Shown here in pieces: positions 1 through 15,433 of a stretch of DNA of 64,000 bases. The position numbers and the translations under genes were made by a program. The notes beneath the pieces were generated by a model. The model had not been told where the DNA came from. It saw only the letters and a program-made list of their open reading frames with translations, and did no database searches. The stretch is from the human T2T-CHM13v2.0 reference genome, Homo sapiens. The stretch lies in assembly GCF_009914755.1 (NCBI RefSeq), contig NC_060928.1. One strand, given 5' to 3'. How positions within the stretch are numbered: the stretch's first letter is position 1; each line of letters opens with the position of its first letter.

Positions 1-378
1 GCAGTATTACATCCGACCTTATACCTCGTCCCTTCGGTTCTGAAAATCACCTGGCTTCATCTAATTGCTTTACCTCTGCGTTCCTTTGTGATCATCTCTT
101 TTTCCTATTTATAGGAAAACTTGCTTTGGGACTTTAAGTCTAAATATTTAAGTAAAATCAAACATAAAAGAAATATAGTTTCTTCTCATTCATCTCAAAT
201 GATTACTAGAATTTAAGAAGCATGTCTAAGAAAACCATTAAAGTAACTTTGAATATTTTTGAAAATCACGATTGATTTGGAAAAAGGGACAGTCTGTACG
301 GTCATTCCAGTCACAAGGTGGAGATGGCATTTTTATCACTCCTGTTTGGCACTGGGGAGCGCCCTAAATGCAGTTTCA

Positions 379-549
<171 letters not shown>

Positions 550-1970
550 TCAGGGACCAGCGTCAGAACAGGAATCCATGACAGCTTCAGAGCCCGTTTG
601 CTAGAGAGTGGCAGTCTCACCGAATTGGGGGCACTCAGATGAGAAGGGACTTGGTGGTCTTCCCCGTTTGCCCCCACATGAATCACCCAGCAGGAGCCTC
701 ACTGACCTGGGGCACCCTTGACAGCCACACCTAGATCCTTGGTGAAGACTATCCCATTCCTCCTGCTTCCCTGCCTCTTGGGTACCTGACTGTAAAGAAG
801 GGACCCACCTCAAACCGAGGCGCAAGTCACAGGAGTCCTTCTAGGTTCCTCCTGCTACATCCTAGTGGCCCCTGAAGACTGTCTTCATGGTTCCCAGATG
901 TGGCTCTTCCTTCCTGCCTGAATTGCATCACCCACCTCCCGATTGGTCTCACTGAGCACACTTCTCCCTGCCTCCCACATACCTGGGTCACTGTCTAAGA
1001 CCCTGCAAGCATGATCTCTCCGGAGTGCAAATCTCTTTTTATGACTGATTTGAGGGTTTCAGGGTTAGAATTCATCTCCTGTAGCCACTTCCTTTTATAG
1101 ACAAGGAAGGAAAGAGCCAGGGAGGACCAGAGCCTTGCCTTAGATGCCACAGTTCAGTGATGGCAGAGGTGGGAGTAGAAACCCAGGCCTTCTGGCATCA
1201 GTCAGGGCTCTTGCCACACCACACCCTGCTCCTAGGCCACACTAGTCCTTCCACCTTCCTCCTTCTCCTCCCATTTCCATTTCTCCTTGGAGAACTCGAA
1301 TTGGCCTTTGACTACTCAAGAACCACGTCTTCTGGGAAGCCTTCTCTGTCCTCCCCAGGCTCCCCATACATCCATAGTCCCAGTGAATAACCACCACCAC
1401 CATTTGTCAGGTACCCAAGGTGCCAAGCACAGTGCAACCCTGGTTATGTATGTAGCATTTCTCATCCCACAACCCAGCAAAGCACAGACTGGAATTTCCC
1501 ATTCATCAATGAGAAAACTAAAGTCCAGTTTCCCAAGTTTTCATGGCCAGCAAAGATTTGAGCCATGCCCATGTGTTCCTAGAGTCACTGCGCCAGCATT
1601 TCCATATCTGGGCTGTGTCTCTCCTAACATCCTCATGCTGCATTCACGTGAGCTCATGAACGCATGACCCTGCAGGTCTGTGAGCTTGCTCCTGGTGGCA
1701 GGGACCCCACTTATTCATTACTAAGCCTCTAATCCTGGCATAGCACCTGGGACACAGCAGAGGCTCTGAAAATATGTATTCGATGAGTAATTGAGCGAGT
1801 GAAAGAGTAAGTAAATGGGTGACAATTACTTAGAACAACCACTGGGGCAAAAGCAAAATTGAGAAATGCATGCAAATCATTAGGAAAACACATGCAAAGC
1901 CTTCCTGCAAATCAACCTCTCTGAGCTCTTTGAACCCTCTCCCCCACCCCCAGGCAGTCAAATCTTTTAC

Positions 1971-2039
1971 CTTCTCCTTCTCCAGGTCCAGCATCTTCTG
2001 GGTCAGGGCGGCCTCGGTCCCCTCTATTTGCTTCAGCCA
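1971..2039 (-). CDS. JAKMIP1: JAKMIP1 long-isoform exon (~exon 17), WLKQIEGTEAALTQKMLDLEKEK, 69 nt
   Basis: ttctag|TGG acceptor, AAG|gtaaaa donor. Confidence 0.94.
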
Positions 2040-5000
2040 CTAGAAAACAGCAGGGACAGGACGGGTGCAGCAAAGTGAGAGTCAGAACCCAAGGGGCTGT
2101 GGAATTTCACAGGTGTGTGAATTTCATAGATCGGCTTCCTCAGAGTGTGCTCAGGAATGGGTCAGGTCATGGCACACACATGCCTGATCTGTGGATGGCG
2201 TGGTTGTGTGTGCATGGTCCAGCCTGCATGTGCAGGAGGTCTTAGGTGTGAGTGTGACATGTACGTGGTGTGGAAGCTGGATTCAGAGCCTGGATGGACC
2301 CGAGTGTGGGCGGCTGCGAGTGTGTGCAGCAGAGGAAGTGGTGTGGTATAGCTGATGTCAATGAGTGCCTGCTCTGTGCTGATGCTTCACACAGGAGACC
2401 TCATCTGACTCTCTTACGACCACCCCAAGCAGTAGGCAGCGTCACCCCTATTTTGCAGGTAAAGACATGGAGGCTGAGTTAAGTAACTTGTCCAAGGTCA
2501 CACGGGTGCAGAATGGAGATTTGGAACCCAGCCTGCAGGATGCCAAAGCCACTGCCCTCATCCCTCCAGCAACGTGAGTTGGAGCAGCCCAGAGTGCCTG
2601 GTGCCACCATGAGAGGAGGTGGAATCACACACAGGGTAGGGGGTGTAGGAGCATGAAAGCAGGGTTCATGCCAGGACATGAGGGCGCAGGCACGGAGAGT
2701 ACGGGGTGAACAGGCGGGGCGTGCACCTGAGCGGCAGGTAAGGGAGTGGGAGCTCTGTCCACGTTCCCTCTGGGGTCTGGGCTGGGGGTGAGCACGGAGG
2801 CAGGTGTCATACGTGGATGTGCCTCTACGAGGAGCCCCTAAAACGGGAGGAAGTCCAGGCCAGCACAGGGTGGCTGCCCTGTGGGGGAGGGCTGTGGGGA
2901 GATCAGGGCACCTAGGGGTGTCCGGGTTTGACAACACCATTGACCTCCTCATTGCTAAGGCTGTCGGATGGCCTCCCACTGCCAGGCCCCAGCTGCGGAG
3001 CGCCCTCTTTCCCGACCCCAGGCCCCGCTGTAGAGTGCTTTTCCTGCCACCAGATCCCGGCTGTGGAGCACCCCCTTTCCTGACTCCAGGCCTTGGCTGC
3101 AGAAAGCCCCCTTTCCCGACCCCAGGCTCCCCCAGCTTCCTTGTACTCCTTGCTTTCCCTCTCCTCTGGCGGCAGCTGGTCACCCTCGCCAGGTCACCCC
3201 GCACTCGTGAGGTCCTGGAGCCCTGCCCTCGGCCTTCTCCAGCTTACTCTGCCCTCCCCCGGGATCCACCCTCCCTACCCTCTCTGAAATGTCTCATACC
3301 CAGATCTGCCCCACCACGCCCTGTGTGCCGCTGCCTCCTGCACCCCTCCACTCCCAAGCCTCAAGGCATCTCCAGGGCCTGCCAGGACCCCTGATGGGGA
3401 AGAGTGACCCCTCCTTCCTTCCGTCCACTTCCAACATATTGGCTTTGCCTCCTTCTGGTTCTCAAACCCACCCGCAGCACTCCCTCCCCATCACCAACCC
3501 CCCATTCCCCTTTCAGCCCCCAGGTTCATATCTGAATCCTCCCCACACACCCCAAATTCCTTTCTGCCCCCCCAGCCAGCAAGTTCCCTAAAAAACACAC
3601 ATGGGCTCATGGAACATCCCTGTTCTGCTCAGAGACCTCCAAAGACATCCCAGCACCCCCGACAACACTGGCAAGGCCCCAGTGTGGGGTGGCCCCTGTG
3701 ATGCTCACAGCCTCATCAGTCAGCACTCTCCTGTCCCCACTGAAATCCCAGGCCCTGGTCATCCTAACTACACAGAGCTCCTCGAACATGCCCAGCCTTT
3801 CCATGTGCTGTCCCTACCTCTCCTGGCCCCAGCCTCAGCCCCAGGCCTTTAACAAGCTAGCATCACTCAGTCTTCAGGCCCTGAGCTAGCTGTCACCTCC
3901 TCCAGGAAGCCTACCCTGCTTGAGTCCGTGGGGTCAGCTAACCTCCATGGTGCCCATGTCAGTCATCTTGTGAATGCCGGGTCGTAGCACTCACCTGACA
4001 AGCGCTGTTGTCTGTTTCACCCCTCACCCCGCTGCCCCCCTTGAAGGTGGGGACCACATTTGCCTCCTGTTGGACTTCCTTGCCTGGCACAGGGCTTGAC
4101 ACAAGCAGGTGCCTAATAAACTTCTGTCGAATGAAGGAGAATCAAGGCTGTGCAGGTTGGTGGGGTGTGTGCTGCCTGAACAGAGGGGACTAGAACTGAT
4201 CGGCTCCTGCCACAGAACTCCTTCCCTAACGCCACAGTGAGCTCGGCCCCCAGTACGGGCTCTGTGCCAGCCGCGGTGGCCAGCACTTCCTCAAACAAGG
4301 CTCAGACAAGATGCGTGGTTTCTTAGAAACAGATAAGCATATTTTGGATGGGGAGTTACAGGTATTTCAGTTTTAATATCCTCATGCAAGCAGTCATAAA
4401 ATGAATAAAATTAAAATGGGAAATCCAGGTTTGGATGATTACAACATGCTGCTCTCAGAACGGTTTCTGCAGAACACAGTGTTGAGATTTGTTGCTGCTG
4501 TCGTTTAAAAAATTGCATATAAAAAATAAATTCAACAAGACCTTTTAGCAACGGGGAGAGAACATGAAAGCAGAGAGAGCTGGCCATGAGGACCCCCGAC
4601 CACGTGAGATCAGAAATTTAATATCAAAGAGTTTGGCCAGATAGCTGTGGAGGCTCAGTCACTCCTGGGAGAAACAGCGTTCATGGTTCTGCTCCAACCC
4701 CAGGAGAGGGGGTCTCAGGCTGGGGAGGAGAAGTGAGTCCACTCACAGGGAGGTGCTGATGAACTGAGCAGCCTCATGGGGGCAGCATGCTGCAGGGTGG
4801 GGGCTGCTCTCCGCGCCCCGCCTCCCAGGGCCCCTCAGGTGCAGAGCCTGGATCCCCTGCAACTGGTGGGGCTCATCTCTCCTCCCTCCCTTTGGGGATG
4901 GTCCCAAGGCTTCGACTCACGGCCAACTATTAGAAAGTCAGACTATGGCTCAGACCTATGCCTCATTCTCCTATCCATCGTTACTAGTGAGAACATGGCC

Positions 5001-5371
5001 TTTAAGACATTCCCACCTGGCTGAGGCCGGTGTCTTTTTCTCGATCCACTTTGAACTTGAGGGAGAAGAGATATGACTGCTATGATTTATAAACCCTCCA
5101 ATGTCTCATGGTTCAGGTTCTCTGTGGGGCACGTGCCATGTGCCGAGGTGAGTGAGACCTTGCCTGATCCTATACGTGGCTAACCAGAGTGGGGCTGATG
5201 GGTGCCAGGACGGATGCCTGTGTCCTGATGACTGGGCAGGGCCTCAGTGGGCGGAGATGAGGAAAGCATGTGCCCAGGGCAAGATGCTGTTTGTAGCGAA
5301 ATCAACACAGGCACATCATAGGACATTCCTTCAGGTTGCACTTCACCTACACACTAAGAAACTGGCTTCGA

Positions 5372-5661
<290 letters not shown>

Positions 5662-5850
5662 TTAATGCCTCTAAGGGAACATTGACATTGACTTCCACTT
5701 ATTCGGATACCCGTATGGAATGACAATTTTTAAAATAAAGAGTATTTAGTGGAGCAGGGGTTAACTGGGGCCTGTCAGCAAGCCTTCCCTGGCAGTGACA
5801 TTGCAGGTGCCCACCCCCTTTGCAAACTTCCCTGCAGTGCCTGTCGGCTC

Positions 5851-5962
5851 TAGGGTGACCAGCTTGTCCCTGTTGGCCCACGACTGTCCCTGTTTTAGCA
5901 CTGCAATTCTCACGTCCCAGGAAAGCTGTCAGTCCCAGGCAAAGCAGACTGTCAATCCCCTA
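5851..5962. mobile_element. hAT-Blackjack (MER81/MER94-like) MITE
   Basis: tagggtgaccagcttgtccc ... tcaatccccta terminal pattern. Confidence 0.5.
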
Positions 5963-7599
5963 GTGGTCCTGCCAGGTTCTCAGGGGGTCCTGCTGATGCA
6001 GTTCCCACCCCACATGAAGGTCCACTTCTGGACCTGAGGAGCTCTTACACCAACATCCTCTCCAAGCTGGAAGGAGACGAGCGGCAACACCCAAGCTTAC
6101 TGGACCTTTATCCACAGACAAATGGCAGGGCCAGTGTCTCCTAGAACCCAACCTGAGAAAACTCTGGTTTAAGTCTATTCCTCAAAGACGCGGAGCTGGG
6201 CACCTCTGTGCCAGGCTCAGAATCGGGGCCCCATAACCGTCAGTAGGGGTTGTGAGGGCCTGGCAGGCTAGGGCGACTGGCACAGCTCTCTAGCACGTAG
6301 GGCACAAGGCACAGCACCAGGCTGACCAGCTTGGGGAGGTTGGTGGTCAGGGGCAGGCGGGCGGCAGTGGGGGTGGGCAGGGTGCAAGCGGGGAGGTGGG
6401 CAGCTGCCAGGCGAGCAGAGCATGGTGAGGGTCAAGGCAGACAGTGGCCGGATCCCAGACAGGTTCCACCTCCTCAGCTGTCCTAGAGGGCTGCTAATCT
6501 CACAGATGCCCAGAGGATGAGGAGCGCTGGGGACCTAAGGTGCAGGCCTGGAACACCTGCTGTGGGTCGGGCGTGGGGAGGGGTACATCAGGAACGGCTC
6601 AGGTGGGAGAACTCAGCGCCCTGCAGAGGGCTGCTATCACTGAGGCTGAAAGCCTCCTGCCAGCTGGCGCCCTGGCCCTCCAACACCCCCTGCCCCAGCC
6701 CCAGGACGAACCAGCCACCCTGAGTCACCAGCAGGTTCCTGCTCCTTGCTCACCCGGTCCACAGGCATTGACCAAGCATCTCCAGGAAGCAAGCATGGCC
6801 CCAGGTGCTTGATTGAACCTGATGGCAATGCCTGATCCCACTGAAATATGCAGCCTCCTGGATTCCGACAGACACTGTGAGCCACCAGGATGCTCAATGT
6901 CATGGCTGAGAGAGATGTGGTGAGAAACCGGCTGAAACCCCTGCAGCTGGCACGTGGTGTAGCCAAGACGCAAGCCAGGAGAGGCCTCCCCGACATCAAA
7001 GCGGACACTGGTGGATGTGACATCTCCACGTCTCCCAGGGCCGTGCTCAGCACTTGACACTAAGATGCTCTTTCTCAGTAAATATTCCAGTAGATGTTGA
7101 ATAAGCTGAGTCATAAGTGTTTAATCAGCACTTTGTGTGACTACACGGAGCACTGTTGGAGGAGCCTAGGCAGCCACGGAGGGTTTTGCTGCTGGAAAGG
7201 AAGGTGCTGAATATGCCCCATGTGCCCCGCCCCGTGCCTGCACCTGCACCTGATAGCCACCAGCCGGCCAGGTGTGAGTCATCCCCGTCCCGCGGTTCAC
7301 CAGAAGACACAAGCTCAGCCAGGTTTAGTGATGATAGGAACAGGAGAAAGCTGAGTTCCAATCCTCTCACTGCCTACCAGTGTGACCTTGGGCAAGGTTT
7401 GGCCATAAGTCTTGTTACCAACATTTAGTATCCTTTACTTGATTGAGGGATTGAACAGATGCCCTGGGAAGGAAACTATTTCTATTTTAAATGCCCTTCC
7501 AGCAATTCTGGAAAGAATCCCAACTAAGATCATTAAGACCTCATCACTGCAAAAATAGCATTTTAAAGTTGAACCCATATGCTTTGAAAGGAAAAGGTC

Positions 7600-8470
7600 T
7601 TTAGCCACAAACAGTTGTATATTTCTAACACACCATAAACCAGTGTAAAAGGCAAACAAATCAGGAATGTGTTTTGTAACAAACAGGTCAAAAAGTTAGT
7701 ATTTTTAATATGTAAAGCACTCAGAGAAGTCAGTAAGAAAGACAATGACAATGAATACATATTTGTCAAATGAATGAATGGATGGATGGGTGAACAAATC
7801 CAATGGAAAACCCTCAAAATAAATGCAATTACAATTCACAAGGAAGGAGAAGAAAATAGATAATACACATAAAAAACTCAGTATCACTAGCACTGAAATA
7901 AAAATTAAAACAATGACGTGATACGGTTTTCACCATCAAATGGGCAAAGTTCTTTTCAGCGGTAACATGCCATGTCAAGCATAAATCAACAACGTGTAAG
8001 GCTGCAGGTAGGAGGGTATCTGGTGCCGCTTTTCTGGACACTGTTTTGACAATGCCGTAGTCCTTCAAGACATTCTTACTATTTGGCCCAGTCATTCTGC
8101 TTCTAAAATATATCTTATGGGCATATTTTAAGACGTAGATAGAAATTTATGTGTAAAAAATGTGCAGTTTACCACTGCATGATGGTAGAAAGAAATATAT
8201 AACAGCTAAGAGGGGCTGAAGTAACTAACAGTATAACTGTGTGATGGAGAGATGCACAGCCATTTAAACACGTTTATGAACCATGTTAAATGGTATGGAG
8301 GATGTTTCTAAAGCCTGATGGAAAACTGGATGTCAAGTATCATTTCAACTAAGTTTAAAAACAATGGACGCAGGGAAACCACTGGAAGGAAATACACAAA
8401 AGTGACAGACTGTTTCCTCCACCGGGTTTTGATTTCCTCCTGCGTCTCTGGGTTTTCTACAGTGAGCATG
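7600..8470 (+). mobile_element. Degraded L1 (L1ME-like) 3' fragment
   Basis: gaaataaaaattaaaacaatgacgtgatacgg, tttggcccagtcattctgcttctaaaatatatc. Confidence 0.55.
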
Positions 8471-8637
8471 TGGGACTTCCGTCATGAAGAGAACGGAAAG
8501 GCATGCATGTGCACGTGCAGACGCAGACGGACTGGAACGCATGCTCCCACGCAAAGCAAGACGCCAATGTACAGTTTCTTGTATGGTGCTGGGAAGCTGG
8601 GACAAGGTGTGAGCACAGAAATGCCGCTGGCTTCTAC

Positions 8638-8703
8638 CTTTTCACACAGGGCAAGCACAGTTCCAGCTTGGATTATTGCAACCTGTTCTTCATTTCTCAA
8701 ATT
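8638..8703 (-). CDS. JAKMIP1: JAKMIP1 long-isoform exon (~exon 16), NLRNEEQVAIIQAGTVLALCEK, 66 nt
   Basis: ttttag|AAT acceptor, AAG|gtagaa donor. Confidence 0.94.
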
Positions 8704-8734
8704 CTAAAACACAAAAATGGGCAAGGGCATTTGA

Positions 8735-9177
<443 letters not shown>

Positions 9178-9599
9178 TAATGGGGCCAGCGCCTCAGGCA
9201 GACAGCTCCTGTCCCTCTGGTTGGGGACATTTCACAGAGTGGCACTAAGCTTTTGTGAAACATGGCTACATGCAAGCTCATCTTTCAGGACGGCAAAAAG
9301 ATCCCTTTCTGATTTCAGCAATCTCGTGTGACTCCACCTGCGTTCTGGGTAGGGATTCTGAGGCTTTCCCGTCCCCTCCTCACTCAACAGGCCAGGGGAA
9401 TCTAACTTCGGAACCCCACTTCTGACGAATGCCAACCCCACCACCCACACAGGAACACGGCCATACAAAAGCCTTACGTTGTACTTCTTAGATCTCTTAC
9501 ATCAGAGAGAAATTAAAAACAAAACAAAACAAAAGTCACACAGAATACACCCAGATCAAAACAAGAACACGAAAGCAGAAACCGATCGCTCATAGTTAC

Positions 9600-9653
9600 C
9601 CCGTTATCGCCAAGGATATCTAATTTCTTCATAAGTTCAGAAACATTCACATC
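9600..9653 (-). CDS. JAKMIP1: JAKMIP1 long-isoform exon (~exon 15), DVNVSELMKKLDILGDNG, 54 nt
   Basis: ttccag|GAT acceptor, GGG|gtaact donor. Confidence 0.94.
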
Positions 9654-10358
9654 CTGGAAGAGATTTCCAACGTTCATTTTTGTGTGAGCTACAGAGACCA
9701 ACCATACCAATTTCTAGGGCCACGGCCTTTCCTCTGGACAAGACACCGCGCTCTTTCTTTTCTTTTCTGGCCAAGTTTTGCGCCCAGCCGTTCCTCTGGG
9801 GAGTGAGGGAGAGAAGGCATAACTGCTGCTCATTTGCTGAGTGTTACACCAGCACAAACACTGCTTTCTAGAAAGGCCATGGAAGCGGGTGAGTCAGGAC
9901 GCTGTCCCTGGAGCTGAGCAGGGCTCTAGGACACGGTAAACCCCGGGCCCTTCTAGCAACCACAGCCACCATCTACAGAACCTTGCTGCATGCCAGGCAG
10001 AGGGCCAGGCACTTGGAGTCTGTTCATGATGTGTCATCACCCCAGCTTCACGGTGTGGGTATTGTCATTTGGATTTCATAGCGAAGAGGCTAAGGCTCTG
10101 AAAGTTTACAGGCCAGAGCAGTGGTGGAACTGGGGTTCACACTCAGGGCTATACACCAAGCCTCTGCTGTTTTAAACATATGGGTCAAAATAGAGTCACA
10201 TTTGGTGACCCTTTAATAAATGGACAAACTGTGACTTTCAACACAAGGGGTATCTCATGAAAATCAATTCTATCCCAGCACTCCCCCTTTGCAGCTGAGC
10301 CGGGCACTGAGCGAGCCCTTGGCTGGCATTCAGCAGAGGCACCCCCCAGGCACGCTAC

Positions 10359-10460
10359 CTTAACTCCTTCCTGGTGACAGAACAGCTGGAGAGCGCTGCT
10401 GTGGTTCTCGGGGAAGGTGGTGATTTGGAGGTTAAATGCTGGCGACCTCCTCTCTCTCTC
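10359..10460 (-). CDS. JAKMIP1: JAKMIP1 long-isoform exon (~exon 14), ERERRSPAFNLQITTFPENHSSALQLFCHQEGVK, 102 nt
   Basis: ccccag|GAG acceptor, AAG|gtagcg donor. Confidence 0.94.
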
Positions 10461-10984
10461 CTGGGGAAAAGATTCGGTTTAAAAACAGAATGTGACCGGA
10501 TTATTTACCACTTGCCATTTTCCCACGTTACTCAGCAAAAACCAAGGAATTCCAGTGGGCACAGACGTTACTAAAAAGCACGAGTTCGGACTAGAAGCAG
10601 CCTCGTCCGTGAGCTACGACGTTTTCACGCCTTCCCACGCAGCAGTTCTCCATGGAAATGTGTTTACTTCTTCCCTATTCATCTAGGGAGAAATGGTTAA
10701 CAGGGTACCGTGGCTTTATCCATTGTGAGATCAAAACCCAGGAAATCACAGAATTACAAAATTTAAAAAACACAGTTGCACTAAATTTGAATAGACAGCA
10801 AAAGCCACCAACTATGGTTTATTACTCTGTGCCAGGCACACCACTCTCCCGTCTAATCCTCACACTACCCCAGGAGGCAGGCTCATTGCTTTCATTCTGT
10901 AGACAAAGAGAAGGTGGTGGCCCAGGGAGGCTGTGTCTGAGGTCCCACGCTAGCAAGCGGCAGGGCCAGGACCCCAAAGGCTGA

Positions 10985-11320
<336 letters not shown>

Positions 11321-12137
11321 CCAAAGGCTGACTTTCTGTTCTTTCCAATACAATCTGCCAATACCATTCACAATTGTTTTCTGAGCCACACTAACACAAC
11401 AAGTGATCATTCTACCCCTGCCTTAGACTTACAGCAAAGCTCAATTAATTACTAAGGGAGGAAGAAGAGCAAGCCTTTTCCCAGAAGAGGTATTTATTAA
11501 TCATACATAAATGACAAGGTTTTAAAAGGTCGGGAAAACCTAATTACTTACAGGGCTAAAGCACAGTGGCAGAACAGGACTCAGGTCTCAGATGTGTTTC
11601 CTGCACAGAATGGACTTTAAACACTTTAGCGATGGACAGATTTGTCATGGTGGGGCAGCAGAGAAGACCTTTTCAAATTACACCTTTAAATCAAACTGCT
11701 TTAGTTTGAGCAGAGTTACGGTAAGGTAAAAAATAACATGCTTTGGGCCATTCTAGCAGAATCTAGCTACAGAACCAATGGGCTTCTTGAATAATTCTAC
11801 TAAGAGATGTAGCCAAGAGAGGCACGAATCTAGATGGCAGGGCTTAAGAAGATGCTCTGGGGTGAGACTGAAGGAAAGAGGGAGGGCTGGGCACTAATTC
11901 AATCAATTTCCATGAAGCCCTAACCTGACTAACCTAGGTTTGAAACAGTCTAGTAAGAAAACCTTATTTCCCTTATTAGCCAAAATTTAAAAAAATAAAA
12001 TAAAAAAAAACAAGCAAAAAAACAAATTTCATGATGGTTCCATTCCACAGATGACTTTCTACCAGCAAATTTACTTAAATGGCGTCCCCATAGAAAAAGT
12101 GGCCCCCAAAACTCAGATTTTATATGAACAAAAGTCA

Positions 12138-12454
<317 letters not shown>

Positions 12455-13553
12455 GCCATTTTGTTTCTGGTGGTTCTGAAGGATGGTGGAGACCATTAAA
12501 GAAAACTCTAGTAAACTGGGTAGTGCTTATAGAATTCTCATGAGAAAGACTCATAACAAGGATTTGTGAAAGGTTCTCTAACAGCGGCAGGAGTATTAAC
12601 AATGACCTCACATAACTTCCAATTCTGTCGCACAAATAAAATGCTCATGTCATGCTGAGCCAAGAGCTGAGTCACTCTTGGTGTGAGAAATACTCAGGCC
12701 ACAGGTCCCTGCCCACACGACAAGGTACACACGGTCAGTTCTAATGCAGACAGAATTGTAACTCAAGCCGGGAGGAGAAAACAAAATTGGGGAAGCCACA
12801 GACACTGTGAAGGTGCTCACTTTGAGGGTTTCACGCATGCAAAGGTTTCAGCTGAGAGACAGCAGAGCTGCGCCACTACAGGTGCTTAGAGAAACTCATC
12901 ACAAACTTAAGTGATGTTTAAAATGCCAATGATTTTTCAACAGAAACAAAAAAAAGGATTATGAAGTACCATGAGAGCAAGGCAATACAGTAACACACCC
13001 GAGGTAAGATTTCAGCTGGAAGCAGTAAGACCATTAGTATTCTTTCACTGAATCTCACTCGGTGCATTGGGGCAGTTCCTGAAGGAACAGGATTTCTACA
13101 TGTGAACAGCAACTGATCTCCCTCCAGTAGTTTTGAGGTGCAGTTTGAGTTGCAAATAGTAATTTCTTTAGTCCAATATTGCTGCAATGCCTGGGTCTGT
13201 ATTTACTGGACAAAAGAGTTTGAACAACGTAACTAGTTTTCTTAAACGCCTATGCAAATACATCCTTCTACCCTGTCTTTACTTACCTTGTGTTTACCTT
13301 GGCAAATAGAAAATGGGCCCAAACTGGCATTAAACACATTCTAGAGTCAATTGCTGGCTCAGGTCAGACTCTGCTATTTCAAAAGGTGAGATTTACTGCA
13401 TGCAAGATCACTTAAAAAGGTGTGTTATTAATTGCAACAGTGCTTCCGTCTGGGTGTGCAGAATGCGTACCCGGTGACTACGCATGCAGGAAAGAAGTAG
13501 TTATGGAAATGAAACACAAATAAAAAAGGCAAAATATTGCAAAAACAAATTAT

Positions 13554-13559
13554 TTTATT
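13554..13559 (-). terminator. JAKMIP1: Polyadenylation signal AATAAA of the short JAKMIP1 isoform
   Basis: tttatt on + strand; followed on the minus strand by a U/GU-rich downstream element (ttgtttttgcaatattttgccttttttatttgtgtttc). Confidence 0.75.
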
Positions 13560-13754
13560 AAGTGCAAAACAAGCCATAGGCAATAAATATATTAGCTCTG
13601 GTACATGTCCATAGACTTGGGTGAGCACGCTCTCCAGAACACATTAAGGCAGTGAAATTATTCTGAACATACAGATTTAAAAAAAAAAAGAAAGAAAGAA
13701 AGAAAGAAACTATAACATGTCCCCTTTACACATGCTTGAAAACATCTGAGAGCT

Positions 13755-13928
<174 letters not shown>

Positions 13929-15433
13929 CTAGAGCAAAGATACCTGCGGATTAACAGGATGGGTGGGAGCACTGGGGTCCCCTGGTCACAGGCCACCTGA
14001 CTGAGTGGCTGGAGGGAAACAGAGGACTGGCCACGGAGGCAAGGGGCAGGAGAGGGCAGGGTTTGCAGCAAGCAAACGAATGAGGTAGGTGCTGCAGGTC
14101 CTTTTTGCTGATGCGGCTGGAAATGAAGGAGACAGAGGCTGGGCCAGGTTCACCCCTGCACCTCCGAGCCTGGCCCAGTGGCGTAGGGGCTACTTACATA
14201 TTTGCTGAATAAATGAATGATGGGGAGACTGAGGCATGAAGCTATGAAGTCCCTTCCTTGAGGCCAAACACTGGGAAGCAAGAGTGCCACACCCAAAGCC
14301 TGTCCAGGTCTTTCCAACTCAAGCCCCACCAGATTCAACCCACCCAGACAGAGGCCCAGCCAGCTGCGGCAGGGAGGCCCCCTCCTGCTTCCCCACAGAG
14401 CTTGCAGAAGAAGCCGTAAAGGCAGGAGTTCCCTGAGAGCGCAGATCAGTGTGGGAAGCGACACCGCCTGCATCCCAGACCCAGCTGGGAGACGCTGGAT
14501 CACTCAGCCCACTACTCCAGCCCTCACCTTCTGTCCAAGAAGGGAAACAGCAGCACCCATCGCCTGGCAGCAGCGAGAAGTCACTAAAATAACGCATGTA
14601 CACGAGGGCTTTGAGTAAAGCCTCATAGCACCATTACAGAAGGCTAGAGGGGGGCCCTCTGCCAGGTGATCCCACCCCCGGGAGACCTTTAGAAATGGGA
14701 TGAGGGGGTGAGGGTTTTCTGCGGCTCCCTGGATTTAGTGAACAAGACACCAAAGATGCTAAAATTCTCCCGAGGCCTGGGGTTGCTCGCTGTCCCAAAT
14801 GCCCTTGTCCCAAATGCCCTTGAGAAATGCAGGGAAGGGAATGGGGCCACATGCTGGTTAGCAGCAGATTGGGGGCTGGGCCAAGGACCCCCACCAGGGC
14901 CAGGCCAGGTTCCTCCAGTCCTGGTGCCCCAGGATGCTTAAAAGCTGAGGCCTAACCTAGGGTCTGGCTGCACTTACTTGCAACATCCAGAGACAGTGGA
15001 CTGGAGGCTGCCAGGGGCCGGGAGGCAGGGCAGAGGGGGGACTGCACATGGGCAGGAGGGGTCTTTATCAGGCTGATCATGTTCCAAAACTGCATTGCGG
15101 TGATGGTTGTGCAACACAGTAGATTTACAAAAAGAATAAGTGAATTGTACACCAATAAGGAAAAAATAAGCTACGATTTTAATTCCAAAGCATTAGAGCT
15201 ACTCGCCAAGCAGACTCTCCGAGAGCTCTGGAAAGTTCCACAACCAGAAAGAGAAGAACAGAGGCCCAGTTCCCATTATGGGTCAGCTGCACTGGGCTGA
15301 GATGGCCTGAGGATCTGCCCATGGACCTGCCTCAGGCGCCCACCACACTGGTGGTTGAAGGGCTCTGGACCATAAAGCCATAGCAGAGGCGGCCTGGAGC
15401 CCAGTGTCAGGAAGTTGGACCAGCCCAACAATA

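Noticed and set aside
2479-3394. 241-aa and 196-aa ORFs in a GC-rich intronic stretch
   Set aside because: Low-complexity Pro/Gly/Arg translations, no convincing splice or start context and no family resemblance
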